The notes under the pieces are model-generated. The model searched no databases. It was given only the letters and a program-made list of their open reading frames with translations, and had not been told where the DNA came from. Position numbers and translations under genes: made by a program. This document shows positions 36,866-51,600 of a DNA stretch of 64,000 nt, piece by piece. Numbering within the stretch: position 1 is the first letter of the stretch; every line of letters begins with the position of its first letter. The stretch covers positions 4,278,001-4,342,000 of the forward strand of contig JAWMAR010000070.1 in assembly GCA_036785375.1 (NCBI GenBank), in the 5' to 3' direction. This DNA comes from Leucoraja ocellata. Lineage: Eukaryota.

Positions 36866-39369
36866 GCACATGTTTACAAACCGGCAAGCAAACTACTGAC
36901 TTAAGTCTATGGTACTTCCTCCCTGATGGTTTTGCAAGCCGACTGTGAACATCCTTCCTTGGGTGTTATAAACAAAAGACAATATGTGTAGGAGTAGACC
37001 TTTCGCCCTTCGAGCCAGCACCGCCATACAATGCGATCATGGCTGATCATCCCCAATCAGTACCATGTTCCTACCTTCTCCCCATATCCCCTAACTCTGC
37101 TATCTTTAAGAGCCCCATCAAGTTGGTGTGAAGGGCTGCCCAGTCAGATCCTATTAGCGTCGCGTGTGTTGCACAACCACGGAGTTCCACAAGGCAGATG
37201 TGCCCTGGACAAGACCATTATCCATCTCCTTCTGCTGTGCGCAATTGACAAGAACATTTTATGGATACAGCATGGAAACGGGCTCTTCGGCCCACCTTGA
37301 CCGCGCCAACCAGTGTTCACCGGTATACACTTTACTGTGCAAATTAACCTACAAACCTGTATGTCTTTGGAGCGTGGGAGGAAATTGGAGCACCCAGTGA
37401 AAACTCTTGCTGACACAGGGGGAATGTACAAACTCCATACAGACAGCACCCGAGGTCAGCATCAAACTTGGGTCTACGGCACTGTAAGACAGCAACTCTA
37501 CCGCTGTGCCACTGTGTTCTATATGAAACCCACTGACCTGCCAGGGTGAGGTGCTCTCCCTGAGCTAACATTTTTATACTCTACATGTTCTTGCTGAATG
37601 TTTGAGGACCAGAGGACATAGTTTAAGAACCAGAGGACATGGGTTTAAGGTGAGGGGGGCAGATTTAATAGCAACCTGAGGGAACCTGGACAGGATAGAT
37701 TAACAGTGATATGGGCCAAATTTCTTTCGTCTGGTGAATCTGTGGAATTTATTTTAACAGACGGTTGTGGAAGCCAATCCAATGGATATATCTGAGACAG
37801 AGATTGACAATTCCTGATCAGTGTGGATGTCAGGGGCTAGAAGGCAGGAGAATGGGGATGGGAGGGAAAGATAGATCAGCCATGATTGAATTGTGGAGTA
37901 GACTTGAATGGCCGAAAGTTCTAATTCTGCACTAAAAACTTACTAACCTATGCATATTGTATGTTTGTGGGTTTCAGCGACAGTCATATTCTGAGAAAAG
38001 TAACACCTATCTGAAGTAGGGTCCTGACCTGAAATGACATCTGCCCATTTCCATTCAGAGGTGTTGCTTGACCCACTGAAGTGTTTTTTTTTGTTTAGCT
38101 CAACTGCTCATATTAACAGGAAGCACGTTGACCACAGCAAGATGCAGCTCACACATTTGACGCAGACCACAACATTTCTTTCCATCGCACGATGGCCTTT
38201 GATGTGTTTGTACATTGACTGGAAATGTGTTCAAAACAACTTAATATGTATTGTTGGGTGATCAACTTAATGAACAAATATGTCAGGCCCCACCACTACA
38301 CGATGCATTAAAATCATAGCTTATCTTTTATCATGTCAATATCCAGTACTAGTTTTATTTCCGTGAATCCTTTAATATTTAAGAAACAATTGTTCCCAGG
38401 CTAGATTGTATTCGAGTCATTGATCCATACAACGAAGAAACAGGCCCTTTGGCCCAAATTACCCCTCCTCAGTGCGAGCCATGGAAAACCTAATCCCTTC
38501 ACCTGCACTCTCCTGCTCTGTAAGAACTTTGTATATTTCGAACAGAGTACCTCCTCTAGAGTTGAGAAGACGTGCTGTAGCATTTCCAATTGAACTTACT
38601 TCTGCTTCATCTTGGGCTTATCTGCTTTGGCCCACTATCCACTTGAATCCATTTCTTGCTTGATCCATTGCCCTTTTACGGACTTGAACCCACAATATTT
38701 TGGCCCAGAGACAATGGGGTGTGATGTGTTTAGGCTGACCCTTCCAAGGAATGATGATGGGAGGGTTGGGGAATTTTTGGGTGGGGGGAATGAGGGTGGA
38801 TATGACACGAATGGGAACCAATGCATGATCTAGGCTCACTCATTATACTAGCGGATGAAAGAGATCGTACACGTGAGTGTAATTCGTAAGGTCATTAGTG
38901 ATAGGAGCAGACAATTTGACCCATCAAGGCTACTCCACCATTGAATCGTCGCTGATTTACCTCTCCTTCCTAACACCACTCCCCTGCCTTCTCCCCATCA
39001 CCCCTTATTCATGATGAATTGAACGAAACCGCTCAGAAGGTGTTTGACAAACTAAAGCTATAAAAAGATGCCGGTTTATCCAAAGACGAACCCAAAATGC
39101 TGGAGTAACTCAGATGGTCAAGAAATATCCCTGGTGAAAATTGATGGGTAACATTTTGGGTCAGGACCTTTCTACAGACCATCTGAACATGGGTCCCAAC
39201 TTCAAACATCACCTGTCTATTTTCTCCAGAGATGCTGCCTGACCTGTTGAGTTACTCCAGCATTTTGTGTTCATCATTGAAAACGTATAGGACATATTAA
39301 AGCAATGTAATCTGAACAGAGTGGTAAAGCAAGTGTTGCCAAAAACTCACACCGAATTAAAAATCTCTC

Positions 39370-39636
39370 CTAAGAAACGACAGAGGCATAGATTGACTCA
39401 GTGTTCTCTGGAGTCACAGTAGAGTGGGGTTTCCGAATGCCCTTTGGGCAGTTGCTGTGAAAATTGACATCTGCGTACACGACAGCGTTTTCAGCCGCAT
39501 GCTGCCTTGATCTTGACTTCCTTTGACAATTCACCACTGCATACGTGATTCCACCTTCATTGTTATCCAAATGGTCACCTGCCCTGTTGTTTTCCAGATT
39601 TGAATCAACGTGGTTCCCTTCCAACACTGCCATTTC
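39370..39636 (-). CDS. Gene B terminal exon with three ITIMs
   Basis: ITYAVV, VVYADV and SIYASV match (I/V/L/S)xYxx(L/V); phase-0 acceptor TTTCAG|GAA; TAG stop. Confidence 0.88.
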   Translation of the reverse strand, partial: EMAVLEGNHVDSNLENNRAGDHLDNNEGGITYAVVNCQRKSRSRQHAAENAVVYADVNFHSNCPKGIRKPHSTVTPENTESIYASVVS

Positions 39637-42600
39637 CTGAAATATAACAAAATCCCATTTTACAACCTAATAGATTTGACAGGTCCTCAACAGATGTCTA
39701 TTACAAAGTAGGTCTCAAACTGTTCAGTGTACAGAACAAGCCATGGCTGCTGTTTACAACACAAAGATAGCGCAGCACGGTGGAGCAGCGGTAGAGTTGC
39801 TGCCTGACAGCGCCTACAACAGGTTTGTATTTTAGGTTAATTGGTTTGGTTTAATTGCAAATTTCCCCTAGTGTGTGTAGGATAGTGTTCGTGTGCGGGG
39901 TCACCAGTCGGCGTGGGCTCGGTGGGCCAAAGGGCGTGTTTCTGCGCTGGATCTCTCAACTGGAGTGGACTGGTGTTGCTAAACGGCCGGTGTAAACACA
40001 GATAATTCAATATTATATATTCTTCAACACTCAGAAAATGTATATTTCACATTGTTACCTGGGTTTCATCGTTGTCTTCACCGTGTGATGTATTGTACTT
40101 GGATTCTGGAAAATATGTTGTCGATAGGGCCATATCAGGAACAGGTTTAAACATCATTCATTTATATATTTCATTCCGTGTTCCATGTACCTTCTATATC
40201 TCGTGTTCCCCTTTCCCCTGACTCTCAATCTGAAGAAGGGTCTCGACTCGAAACGCCACCTGTTCCTTTTCAAGAGTCAAGGGAGTTTTATTGTCATATG
40301 TCCCAGATAGAACAATGACAATCTTACTTGCTGCAGCACAATAGAATATGTAAACATAGTACATAACGGGAGAGAAAAAAAAGTTCAGTGTGTATATATA
40401 CACATACACACATACTCAATCTGTTTATTTTATCCAGCTAAGCTGAGAACTACTATATTTGATGATTTTCTGTTGCGCTGCTGGCAAAATGTCGCTTCTG
40501 ACCCGCTAATTGCTAGAGCATTTAATGTTTATCTTCAGTATTAGCCACCATGTGCAGTTCCATCCAACACACAAACATCTACATGTTTTGTGCAAGACTT
40601 TATATTTAGGAGAACCCCAAAAGTACTTCAGTATATTTGCACGTACAGAGTAAGTGTATGCCCTCTTGTTCTGGTTACTCTACGTAATGTTCAGAATGGA
40701 TCATATTCCCTGTGCTCTACCCATTCCACCCTAAAGCTACCTAAACCTACCTGGTCTCCCTGTTGCTCAACACTTTAACTCCACCTCCCATTCCCACACT
40801 AACTATTCTGTCCTGGGCCTCATCCGGATGTTAGACTAACTGGTCTGTAATTCCCCGTTTTCTCTCTCGCTCTCTTTTTAAAAAGTGGGGTTACATTAGC
40901 TACCCTCCAATCCTCAGTAACTACTCCAGAATCTAAAGAGTTTTGAAAAATTATCACTAATGCATCCACAATTTCTTGGGCTACTTCCTTAAGTACTCTG
41001 GCATGCAGCCTCCTATCTTGCCCAGGGAATTTATCGGCCTTTAATCCATTCAATTTACCAAACACCACTTCCCGGCTAATCTGGATTTCACTCAGTTCCT
41101 CCATCTCATTTGACCTCTGGTCCCCTGCTATTTCCGGCAGATTATTTATGTCTTCCTTAGTGAAGACAGAACCAAAGTAGTTATTCAATTGGTCTGCCAT
41201 GTCCTTGTTCCCCATGATCAATTCACCTGTTTCTGACTGCAAGGGACCTACATTTGTTTTAACTAATCTTTTTCTCTTCACATATCTATAAACACTTTTG
41301 CGGTCAGTTTTTATGTTCCCTGCCAGTTTTCTTTCATAATCTATTTTCCCTTTCCTAATTAAGCCCTTTGTCCTCCTCTGTGGACTCTGAATTTCTCCCT
41401 CTCCTCTTGTATGCTGCTTTTTCTGGCTAATTGGTATGCTTATTCTTTTGTTTTGATACTATCCCTGATTTCAGCTCTGTGAACCTTCAAGTTTTCATCG
41501 GCAGCGGAGATAGTTGGCAGCTACAAGTTCATGGGCGTTCACATCTTGGATTACCTGCCCAGGCTAGACTTGCCCGGCCTCAACTACCTCCTCTGGCAGC
41601 TCCTGCCATATACCCACCGCCCTCTGTGTGATGCAGGTATGTCGTGCGTTTTCTATGTCCCTGTGAGGCTGCAGGCGTGATCTTCATTGTAACTGTACTT
41701 CAACGTGCTTGTTCATTTGACAATTAGCACGACTTAACCTGATTCGAAATACAATAGCAAAACACAAAAGCATATTCTAACAGCTGAGAGGATGAGAGTA
41801 TCTATGTAAATCTTACTTCTACCTAACCTCTTAGTTCTCATGCATCTCTGCTATTTCACACTCAGTTTCTGTACAATTATGTTAAAATAACATTTTATGT
41901 CACCGAGTCACCATGATAGCATCAAACATGATAGCATTATTGATCATTCATGCTTCCTCCTACTCTTTATTACTTTAATGCAGGGCATTTGTTGATTAGA
42001 ACAGGATAAAATCTCTTGACATTCTGTAAGGAGCTGAGACATGTATTTTGAAATTATTTAAGATAAATCAGAAACTCACCCTTGGTTTTACGCTTTTGGT
42101 ACCAAAAGAAGGCAATGATGAGAATCAGGAAAAGCACAGTGACACCAGACGCAACTATGTAAATGATCCTGTTGGACAGAAAATAGGGAAGGGTGAGACA
42201 TGGCTCATCATTGATTCTTGGCCTTCAGTAAAGAACAAAAGTCAAACATTTATATGGCACCTTTCATGATTTTTATGAAGTGTGCAGCAAAGGAAATGAG
42301 GTGTAGAGTCTGTTTCAGTGGGCAATGCAGCAGCTAATCTGCTCACAGTAAGGTGACATTGACCAACGATCGTGCAACTGGTTGAAGAGCAATTGGGTTC
42401 AACCATTAAGGAACCCTCCCTTCTCCTTCACTAAAAATGCATGGGAAATGTTACACTTTTATAGCAATGATTAGTTGAGTTGAGTTCAGCTGAGTTTGGT
42501 TTAGTTTAGTTTAGTTTAAGTTAGTTTAATTTATTTTATTTTAGAGATACAACATGGAAACAGGACTTTCCGACCACCAAATCTGCGTCGACCAGCAATC

Positions 42601-45600
42601 ACCATATATTATATCTACCCGAAACATTAGAGACAATTTACAGAAGCCAATTAACCTACAAACCTGCACGTCTTTGGAATGCGGGAAAAAACGGGAACAT
42701 CTGGAGAACACCCACGTGGTCACTGAGAGAACGAACAAACAAACTCTGTACAGACAGCAACCGTAGTCAGGATCGATCACAAGTTTCTGGGGCAGTAAGG
42801 CAGCAACTACATCGCTGTCCGACCATGCCACAGTTATTGGAGTTTTCATATCTGACAGATAGCACGCTACCCTCCCTCAGTACTGCAAAGGTATGGTACC
42901 CGATTTACCCTAATATTTGCAGCTATCCTTGAAACCACCACTTTGTGAACACGGTTCTACAACCCTGTTCCAACCTCGGCGGACAGAACACTACGCCAAA
43001 GAGAAAACAATGCACTTCTTTCAACAAATCTCACCCCAATGCCATTTACATCTCCATCTCCACCAACATTGGTTTGGACAGTGACTGTTCGTTTAGGGTT
43101 GTCTGGAATATGGAACATCTACAACATATCCAGAAGGCGGCTCACCTTGACCATCTCAAGGTCAGCAGTGTGACATAACGTGCCTACCACACAGGGTCAC
43201 GTTCTAGGTGGAGACACTTCCTGCTGTTGGAGTGACTGACATTGAGACTTTGACAAACTCCGCAAGTTGGTGTTTTAGCCCATAATTCACTATGCATTTT
43301 CCTATCAGTACCACACCAGAGCAGGTCACAGCAAGGCAACGCAGCAATAGTTGTGTTTGGCAACTATGCTCATCTCACACCATGGGATGAGGTTAGTGAT
43401 GGAGAACTCATGGTGAAACCACAGAGAACGCCCTATAGAAACATGGAAACATGGAAAATAGGTGCAGGAGGATGCCATTCGGCCCTTTGAGTCAGCTCCG
43501 CCATCCATTGTGATAATGGCTGATCGTCCCCAATCAATAACACCTGCCTGCCTTCTCCCCATATCCCTTGATTCCACCAGCCCCTAGAGCTCTATCTAAC
43601 AAGAGAGGGTTAGATACTTGACGCCGTACGTCACGCTCGAAATGCCCGCGGACTTCGCTCGAACTTCACGTCACTCACTCGACCTCCGCGCAGCCCCCGC
43701 GTCCAGTTTGGTCGCGCTTGCCGCTTGTAGGTCGCATGCTGGTGGGACCGCCCCTCCACATCAGCAAGACAAAATGGTGACTGGACGATCGTTTCACTGA
43801 ACACATACGCTCAGTCCGCCTGGGATTATATGATCTCCCAGTTGCTAAACTATTTAACTCCCCCTCCCATTCCCACACTGACTGTTCTATTCTGGGCTTT
43901 CTCCATTGCCAGAATGAGGCCGAATGGAACTTGGAGGAACAGCGCCACACATTTCGCTTGGGCATCTTACCGCCAAGCAGCATGAATATTGATTTCTATA
44001 ACTTCAAATAACCCTTGCATCCCCTCTCTCTCCGTCCCTCCCCCACCCTAGTCATTGTACGAATTTCACTGTTGTCTTGTAGTGTTTCATTGTCTGTACA
44101 ACTCGTTTTCTCCTAGCCCACAGCTAACTATGGATCGTTTCATTCATCATCGTTACTTTTGTTGCATATCTTTCATTCAATGTTTTATATCTTTCTATAT
44201 CACCGTCGATATCGCTCTCGTTTCCCTTTCCCCTGACTCTCACTCTGAAGAAGGGTCTCAACCTAAAACGTCACCTATACCTTTTCTCCAAAGATGCTGT
44301 CTGACCCGACGAGTTACTCCAGTTGTTTGTATCTATATTCAGTTTAAACCAGCATCTGCAGTTCCTTCCAACACAATGAAAGTCGAAATTTGCAGAACAC
44401 ACATAGATGGCACCTAAGTTCAGAGTCTTGGCGTTGTGAGGCTGTGGTTCCACTGGCTGTGTCTGTGCATTCAGATCAATAATCTCTCGGGCCTTTAATG
44501 CCAGTGAACGGAAGACACAACTTTCTCCCAATTGAAGTCATCCCAATCAAAACACCAGCAATTAGTACATGGCACCTTTCATTGGAATCAGAGTAGTTTA
44601 CCTTGATAAAGCATTGGATCCTTTCGAAGTTTCACAAGAATATTCAAGTCCTGTTAGAACAAGGAAATAAAAATCAGTTTCACTGATTTTCACTTGCAGT
44701 TGAAGAAGAGAGCATGCTTGTCCGATGTAAGGAGTTTATAGGTTTAATAGACAGGGCAATGTTTCTCCAGTGTAATTTGCAGCAAATGGGAGATGCTTGC
44801 ACAACTCAGGTACAACTCAGGTCGCCAACATTAGGGCGGCATAGCGGTAGAGTTGCTGCCTTGCAGCGCCAGAGACCCGGGTTCAATCCTGACTACGGGT
44901 ACAATCTGCACTGACTTCGTATGTTCTCCCTGTGACCGCGTGGGTTTTATTCAAATGCTCCGGTTTTCTCCCACATTCTAAAGTCGTGCAGGTTTTGAGG
45001 TTAACTGCCTTCTGTAAATTGTCCCTAGTGAGTAGGATGGAATTGGTGCACCGGTTAAAGGCAGTTGCTTCCACCTGGATTTCTAAACCAAACTAAAGGA
45101 GGTGATTTTATGCGAGGGATAGTGCCTGGGATGAAACATTACAGTTCGAAGGAGAAGGCTGGATAGATGGGGATTTTAATCCATATAGGAAAAGAAGGGG
45201 GAACCTATTACCGGTGTGTAAAGCTACGAGGAACATAGATAGTGTATTTTGTGGGAAATCAGCACAGCAGATGTACGAAGAAGTGGAGAACATAGGGTTG
45301 GGTTAAGGAGTAGAATATTTGGAGGGTATCTGAGCAAGAAGTATTTTTAAGCTTAGATAGTGGAGGCACTTGGATTGTCAACTCTGAGAAGATTGTGGAT
45401 GATGGGCAGGTAAAATGGATTAGTATCGATGGTACTGAATGGTCAACATTAACACAGTGGACCAAAGCTGATAGGAGTTAATTCTATGAGGTAACTGCGG
45501 CCACATTTACTGATAATTTCTGTTCCTAACCCATATTTGAGTGTCGGTCATGTGGAGATGATGGAAAGTGAAAATGCTTGGACTGATGTCACTGCAAACC

Positions 45601-48600
45601 TATTTTCAAGCTGTGTAAACATAAGAGGCAGTTCTAACAGGGAAGCTGGCCTACACCAGCAATGGGAAATCTGTGGCTGGAGCCCAGCAACCAAGTATTG
45701 ACAAATGGACCATAATATTATCATTTTAATCTTGATGTTAATTAAAGAACGTGCATGGATTTCAGGGTGTCGGGGTTATGGGGAGAAGGCAAGAGAATGG
45801 GGTGAAGAGGGGAAGAGACATCAGCCATGATTGAATGGTCTATTACTGCTTCTATCACTTGTGATCCTATGAACCACCCCACCGCACTTCCCCTTCTTCT
45901 CCTCATTCCCTCCACTACTTACCAGTGCCGTTGATTTTCACCAGGAAACTACAGGGCACGTCACTGCTGGAGATGGACACGTTGACCATTTCACTGGATT
46001 TTGATCCTTTATTATTTGAGGCTGTGCAATAATATTGATGGTGCTGGTGTTTGAAGGATTGACAATGTAGATCCAGGGCATTGTTGTCTGAGATCTTTGA
46101 ATCCCCTGATGGGATCTTTTCATACCAGCCGTAGTTAATGGGAAGGGATCCCCGGACCGACTCACAAGAAACTGTCGCTGAGCCCCCGAGACAAGAGACA
46201 TCGGCTGGTGACAGAAACCCAAGCACAGGAACAGACACGGGTTCTGTGGGAAAGGAGCAAACAGTCAGACAATGGGTGAACATCTGAAAATCAAACACTC
46301 GCCAATATCCACCATCTCTGTATCTTCGCTAGAGCCGCCAGGTTGGAATCTCACCCATCCATCTGCACAGAGTCATAGAGGCATATAGTGTAGAAGCAGG
46401 CCCTTCGATCTAATTTGCCCCCGCTGACCAACATGCCCATCCACACTAGTTCCACCTGCCCTTGCTTAGCCCATAAGCCTCCAGACGCAAGAGACTGTTT
46501 ATTTACTCGATCTATTCGTCGCGTGATTTTGTAGCTGCCGTAAGATCATCCCTCATCTTCCTGCTCACCCAGAAATAAAGTCCTAGTCTGCTCAATCCCT
46601 CCCTGGAGTTCAGGCACTCAAGTCATGGCAGCATCATTGTAAATCTTCTCTGCACCCAATCTTACTTGATAGCATCTTTCCTATAACATGGTGATGAATA
46701 CTGACCACAGAGCAGACATATCATCACACAATCTTCGATTCTCTTTTACATTTCAGGAATTGCCAGCAGGAAAAAGGGAGCATTGTTTATTTAACTGTCG
46801 GACCCATCCCATCTACATAGATTCGTAGAGTCATACAGTAGAAACCTCGGCCTAACTTGCCCGCGGGAACCAACACGCCAAATGTACACTAGTTCCACCT
46901 GTCCTTTCTTGGCCCTTAACCCTCTAAACATATCCTATTCATGTAACTGTCCAATATTTTCTGAAATGTTACGTTAGTACCAGCCATAACTACTTCCGTC
47001 GGCATTTCGTTTCATGGACCTACCAACCTTTGTGTAAACACGTTACTCGCCAGGTTCCTGTTAAATCATTCCCTCCTGATATGAAAACTATGTCCTCTGG
47101 TTCCCGATTGCCCTACTCTGGGCAAAAGACTGTGTATTTACTCGATCTATTCCTCGCGTGATTTTTGTGATTTAAAAAAAAATTAATAAATATTTTCATT
47201 AGAATCAATGCACAGTAGTATAAACGGTGTTTTACATATTACATTTAGTGTAAAACTTCTTGTTTTAAATGTATTAATAGAAAAGTAACAGAAGCAAAAA
47301 AGAGAAGGAGAAAGTTAAGTAAAGTAGTGATATTGATAGTTCGTGAAAGAATAGATAGAAAGAACCCGTAAAGATATAAAGCCGTAAAAAAAACGTGACC
47401 CCCCCACCGAAAACTAAATACATTAATTAGTAAATAGAAATAAAAAATAGAGAATAAAATAAAATAATAAGAAAACAAAACAGAAAAAGAATAAAAGGGA
47501 GAAGGGATATGCCTGCTTCATGTCTTTCCACACCCCTCACCCAGTTCTGAAACAGTTAATTTCCAGGGTTATGTTGCACCATATACCTGGAATAAGTCGA
47601 TAAAAGAGACCAAATCTTTAGCAATTGGTCTGCTTTACATGCTAGGACGAATCTCATATCTTGGAGGTGTAACATTTCAGACATGCTTGAAATCCACATT
47701 TTAAGCGTGGGGGTGGGTTCGTTGTTCCAGAATTTGAGTATACGTTTTTTTAGAAACATAGAAACATAGAAACATAGAAATTAGGTGCAGGAGTAGGCCA
47801 TTCGGCCCTTCGAGCCTGCACCGCCATTCAATATGATCATGGCTGATCATCCAACTCAGTATCCCGTACCTGCCTTCTCTCCATACCCCCTGATCCCCTT
47901 AGCCACAAGGGCCACATCTAACTCCCTCTTAAATATAGCCAATGAACTGGCCTCAACTACCCTCTGTGGCAGAGAGTTCCAGAGATTCACCACTCTCTGT
48001 GTGAAAAAAGTTCTCCTCATCTCGGTTTTAAAGGATTTCCCCCTTATCCTTAAGCTGTGACCCCTTGTCCTAGACTTCCCCAACATCGGGAACAATCTTC
48101 CTGCATCTAGCCTGTCCAACCCCTTAAGAATTTTTTAAGTTTCTATAAGATCCCCTCTCAATCTCCTAAATTCTAGAGAGTATAAACCAAGTCTATCCAG
48201 TCTTTCTTCATAAGACAGTCCTGACATCCCAGGAATCAGTCTGGTGAACCTTCTCTGCACTCCCTCTATGGCAATAATATCCTTCCTCAGATTTGGAGAC
48301 CAAAACTGCACGCAATACTCCAGGTGTGGTCTCACCAAGACCCTGTACAACTGCAGTAGAACCTCTCTGCTCCTATACTCAAATCCTCTTGCTATGAAAG
48401 CCAACATACCATTCGCTTTCTTTACTGCCTGCTGCACCTGCATGCCTACCTTCAATGACTGGTGTACCATGACACCCAGGCCTCGCTGCATCTCCCCCTT
48501 TGCCAATCGGCCACCGTTTAGATAATAATCTGCTTTCCCGTTTTTGCCACCAAAATGGATAACCTCACATTTATCCACATTAAACTGCATCTGCCAAACA

Positions 48601-51600
48601 TTTGCCCACTCACCCAGCCTATCCAAGTCACCTTGCAGTCTCCTAGCATCCTCCTCACACCTAACACTGCCCCCCAGCTTAGTGTAATCCGCAAACTTGG
48701 AGATATTGCCTTCAATTCCCTCATCCAGATCATTAATATATATTGTAAATAGCTGGGGTCTCAGTACTGAGCCTTGCGGTACCCCACTAGTCACTGCCTG
48801 CCATTGTGAAAAGGACCCGTTTACTCCTACTCTTTGCTTCCTGTTTGCCAGCCAGTTCTCTATCCACATCAATACTGAACCCCCAATGCCATGTGCTTTA
48901 AGTTTGTATACTAATCTCTTATGTGGGACCTTGTCGAAAGCCTTCTGGAAGTCCAGATACACCACATCCACTGGTTCTCCCCTATCCACGCTACTAGTTA
49001 CATCCTCGAAAAATTCTATAAGATTTGTCAGACATGATTTACCTTTCGTAAATCCATGCTGACTTTGTCCAATGATTTCACCACTTTCCAAATGTGCTGC
49101 TATCCCATCTTTAATAACTGACTCTAGCAGTTTCCCCACTACCGATGTTAGGCTAACTGGTCTGTAATTCCCTGTTTTCTCTCTCCCTCCCTTCTTAAAA
49201 AGTGGGGTTACGTTTGCTACCCGCCAATCCTCTGGAAATACTCCAGAATCTAAAGAGTTTTGAAAGATTATTACTAATGCATCCACTATTTCTGGAGCTA
49301 CTTCCTTAAGTACTCTGGGATGCAGCCTATCTGGCCCTGGGGATTTATCGGCCTTTAATCCATTCAATTTACCTAACACCACTTCCCGGCTAACCTGGAT
49401 TTCACTCAATTCCTCCACCTCCTTTGACCCGCGGGCCCCTGCTATATCGGGCCCCTGCTATATGTTATCAAGCCATGGTTAAGGAGAGAATTTTGGAACG
49501 AAATCAGCTTAGAGCCGGCTTCCATTGTTCCAAAAATAATCAATTCAGTGTTGGGGTACAATTTTATTTTAAACTCGCAGGATTTTTTTACCTGCAATAA
49601 AATCACCCCTCATCCTCCTGCGCTCCAAGGTATAAAGGCCTAATCTGCTCAACCCCTCCCTGTATACCAGGCCCTCAAGTCATCGCAACATCCTTGTAAA
49701 TCATCTCTGCTCCTTCTCCTCACAATCCATTTACCAGATTTAGACATATCTGTGTCTCTCCATCCTCCCAGTTGCCAGAACTACCATGTCTGGCACTGGA
49801 CCAGTACACAGCAGCACCATCTCTCTTTGTTTTACAATTCCAGCATCTGCAGTTAATCTTCTTTTAATCTGAAACTCTGCTTTTAATCTGAACATTCAAA
49901 TGCCTCATTAGTACAACAGTATCAACAACTTTTTAATTTCCTTGCATAAAATTGTTGATGGCGATACTGTTGCAATATTAAGGTGTGTGAATGGCGGTAT
50001 TGTAGAATAGTGTGTAGGGAGCGAATGGGAAAGTGGAATAACATAGAACTGGTGTGACCGGTGATCGCTAGGTGGTGTGGACTCGGTGGGCCGAAGGATC
50101 CGTTTCCATGTTACATTTGTAAACTATTACTAAATATCCGGGCGAACATTTTTATGTAAACTCTACAAACCGTTCACATATTTTGTTTTATAAAGCGGGG
50201 ACCAGACCTGTGCACCAGACTCCCACCTAACAAATGTTTTGCCCGTTGCCAAAGTGGAGACATCAAGTCACTCATTGAGAAACCTACCTTCAGATACTTG
50301 GAGATATACTTTAAATGTTGGTTCGCCAGGTGTAGTAATTCCACAGCTGTACCATCCTGTATCTCCAGAGTGAAGATCCTCCACAGTCACAGTAAATATT
50401 CCTCGTGCCGGGTTATCTGTGATTGACACTCTTCCGTTCTGTCCATGTTTCCCATTTGTTTCACCTACATGTGTACACTGGCGACTTGTCCCAGGGCACC
50501 AGTATTTTGTGTGTGAGCGGTACACTGCTGCATAGTGACAATCGATTGTGATCGCTCTTCCCACAACCCCTCTTACTTCGCTCTCCGCCCACAGTGCACC
50601 TGCAACTGAAGGAAACATCTTTGATAAATTGAAGAGCAAAATTAGCCTTTCACAAACATATACGTTAGAGTATAATGTACAGGGGAGTCTGCCCACTCTA
50701 TTTCTTAACTCTGTTGAATTCCACCTAGATTGCGATGAGATACAGATACTGTACATCGTCCCTCACCATCTGCACAGGTCGTTCCAAAGCGCTTCCCAGC
50801 CAATGTGGGTATGAATGGTGAAGAATGATGTATTGAAGATGGAGCCTGTTGCAATTGGAAGGCGCTGTCTAGGGAGTCTTGGTCAGTTGCTGCAGTGCAT
50901 CGTGCAGATGGTGCAAACTGCTGCTGCTCGGTATCAGCGGGCGAGGTTGAGGATGGGGTGTCTATCATGCGCGACTCTGGATCATGACAAACCAAACACA
51001 AGTGTTCGGCGTAATTGTAGCCTAGGCCAGTGCTTCTTAAACTGATGAATGGTTCATCCAAGGGCGAATAAAATTATTTTGGGGTAAATTAGTTAATTTA
51101 TGTTTTTTGCTCATGTGACAAAATCAATTATCTATAAAATTATGCACAAAGGAAAATACGATGATAATAGCCAAAAGAACATAAGAACATTTAGTGGAGG
51201 GTGAATTAAATTTTGTAATAAAGACTCAAGGGTGAATGACACTGTAATAGTTTAAGAAGAACTGGCCTTGTATAAAATTGGTCTCGCTGATGTAAACCAT
51301 TCACACCCTCTTCTGGTCTCCACACCTACAGGGAAGTTCTTTTCAATATTATCTTTGACAAAAGTAAGGGTTATACTTGATGGCGTGACGGCCAAGTAGA
51401 TTCCAATTTAATTTTGTGAGATTACTGGAGTTTAACACAAATTAACAGAGTTAAAATCATTAACATGATCATGAAATTGTACATCCTCGTTTATAACTGA
51501 TGATGGATCCAAACAGAATGGATTTGGTTTATTTCTCTGTCTCAAAGTGCGGCAGCCAGAAAATAATTTTGATGGAATGCACTCAACCCTCAGGTATTTC

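Larger units (their letters stand above)
33440..38770. repeat. Older direct duplication (33440-36170 vs 36866-38770) flanking the ERV fragment
   Basis: Collinear blocks, e.g. 33470/36880, 34830/38100, 35220/38480, 36010/38610. Confidence 0.75.

Noticed and set aside
43146-43225. AG...GT-bounded segment between gene B's stalk and TM exons
   Set aside because: Stop codons in all three frames, and stalk-to-TM phases already match
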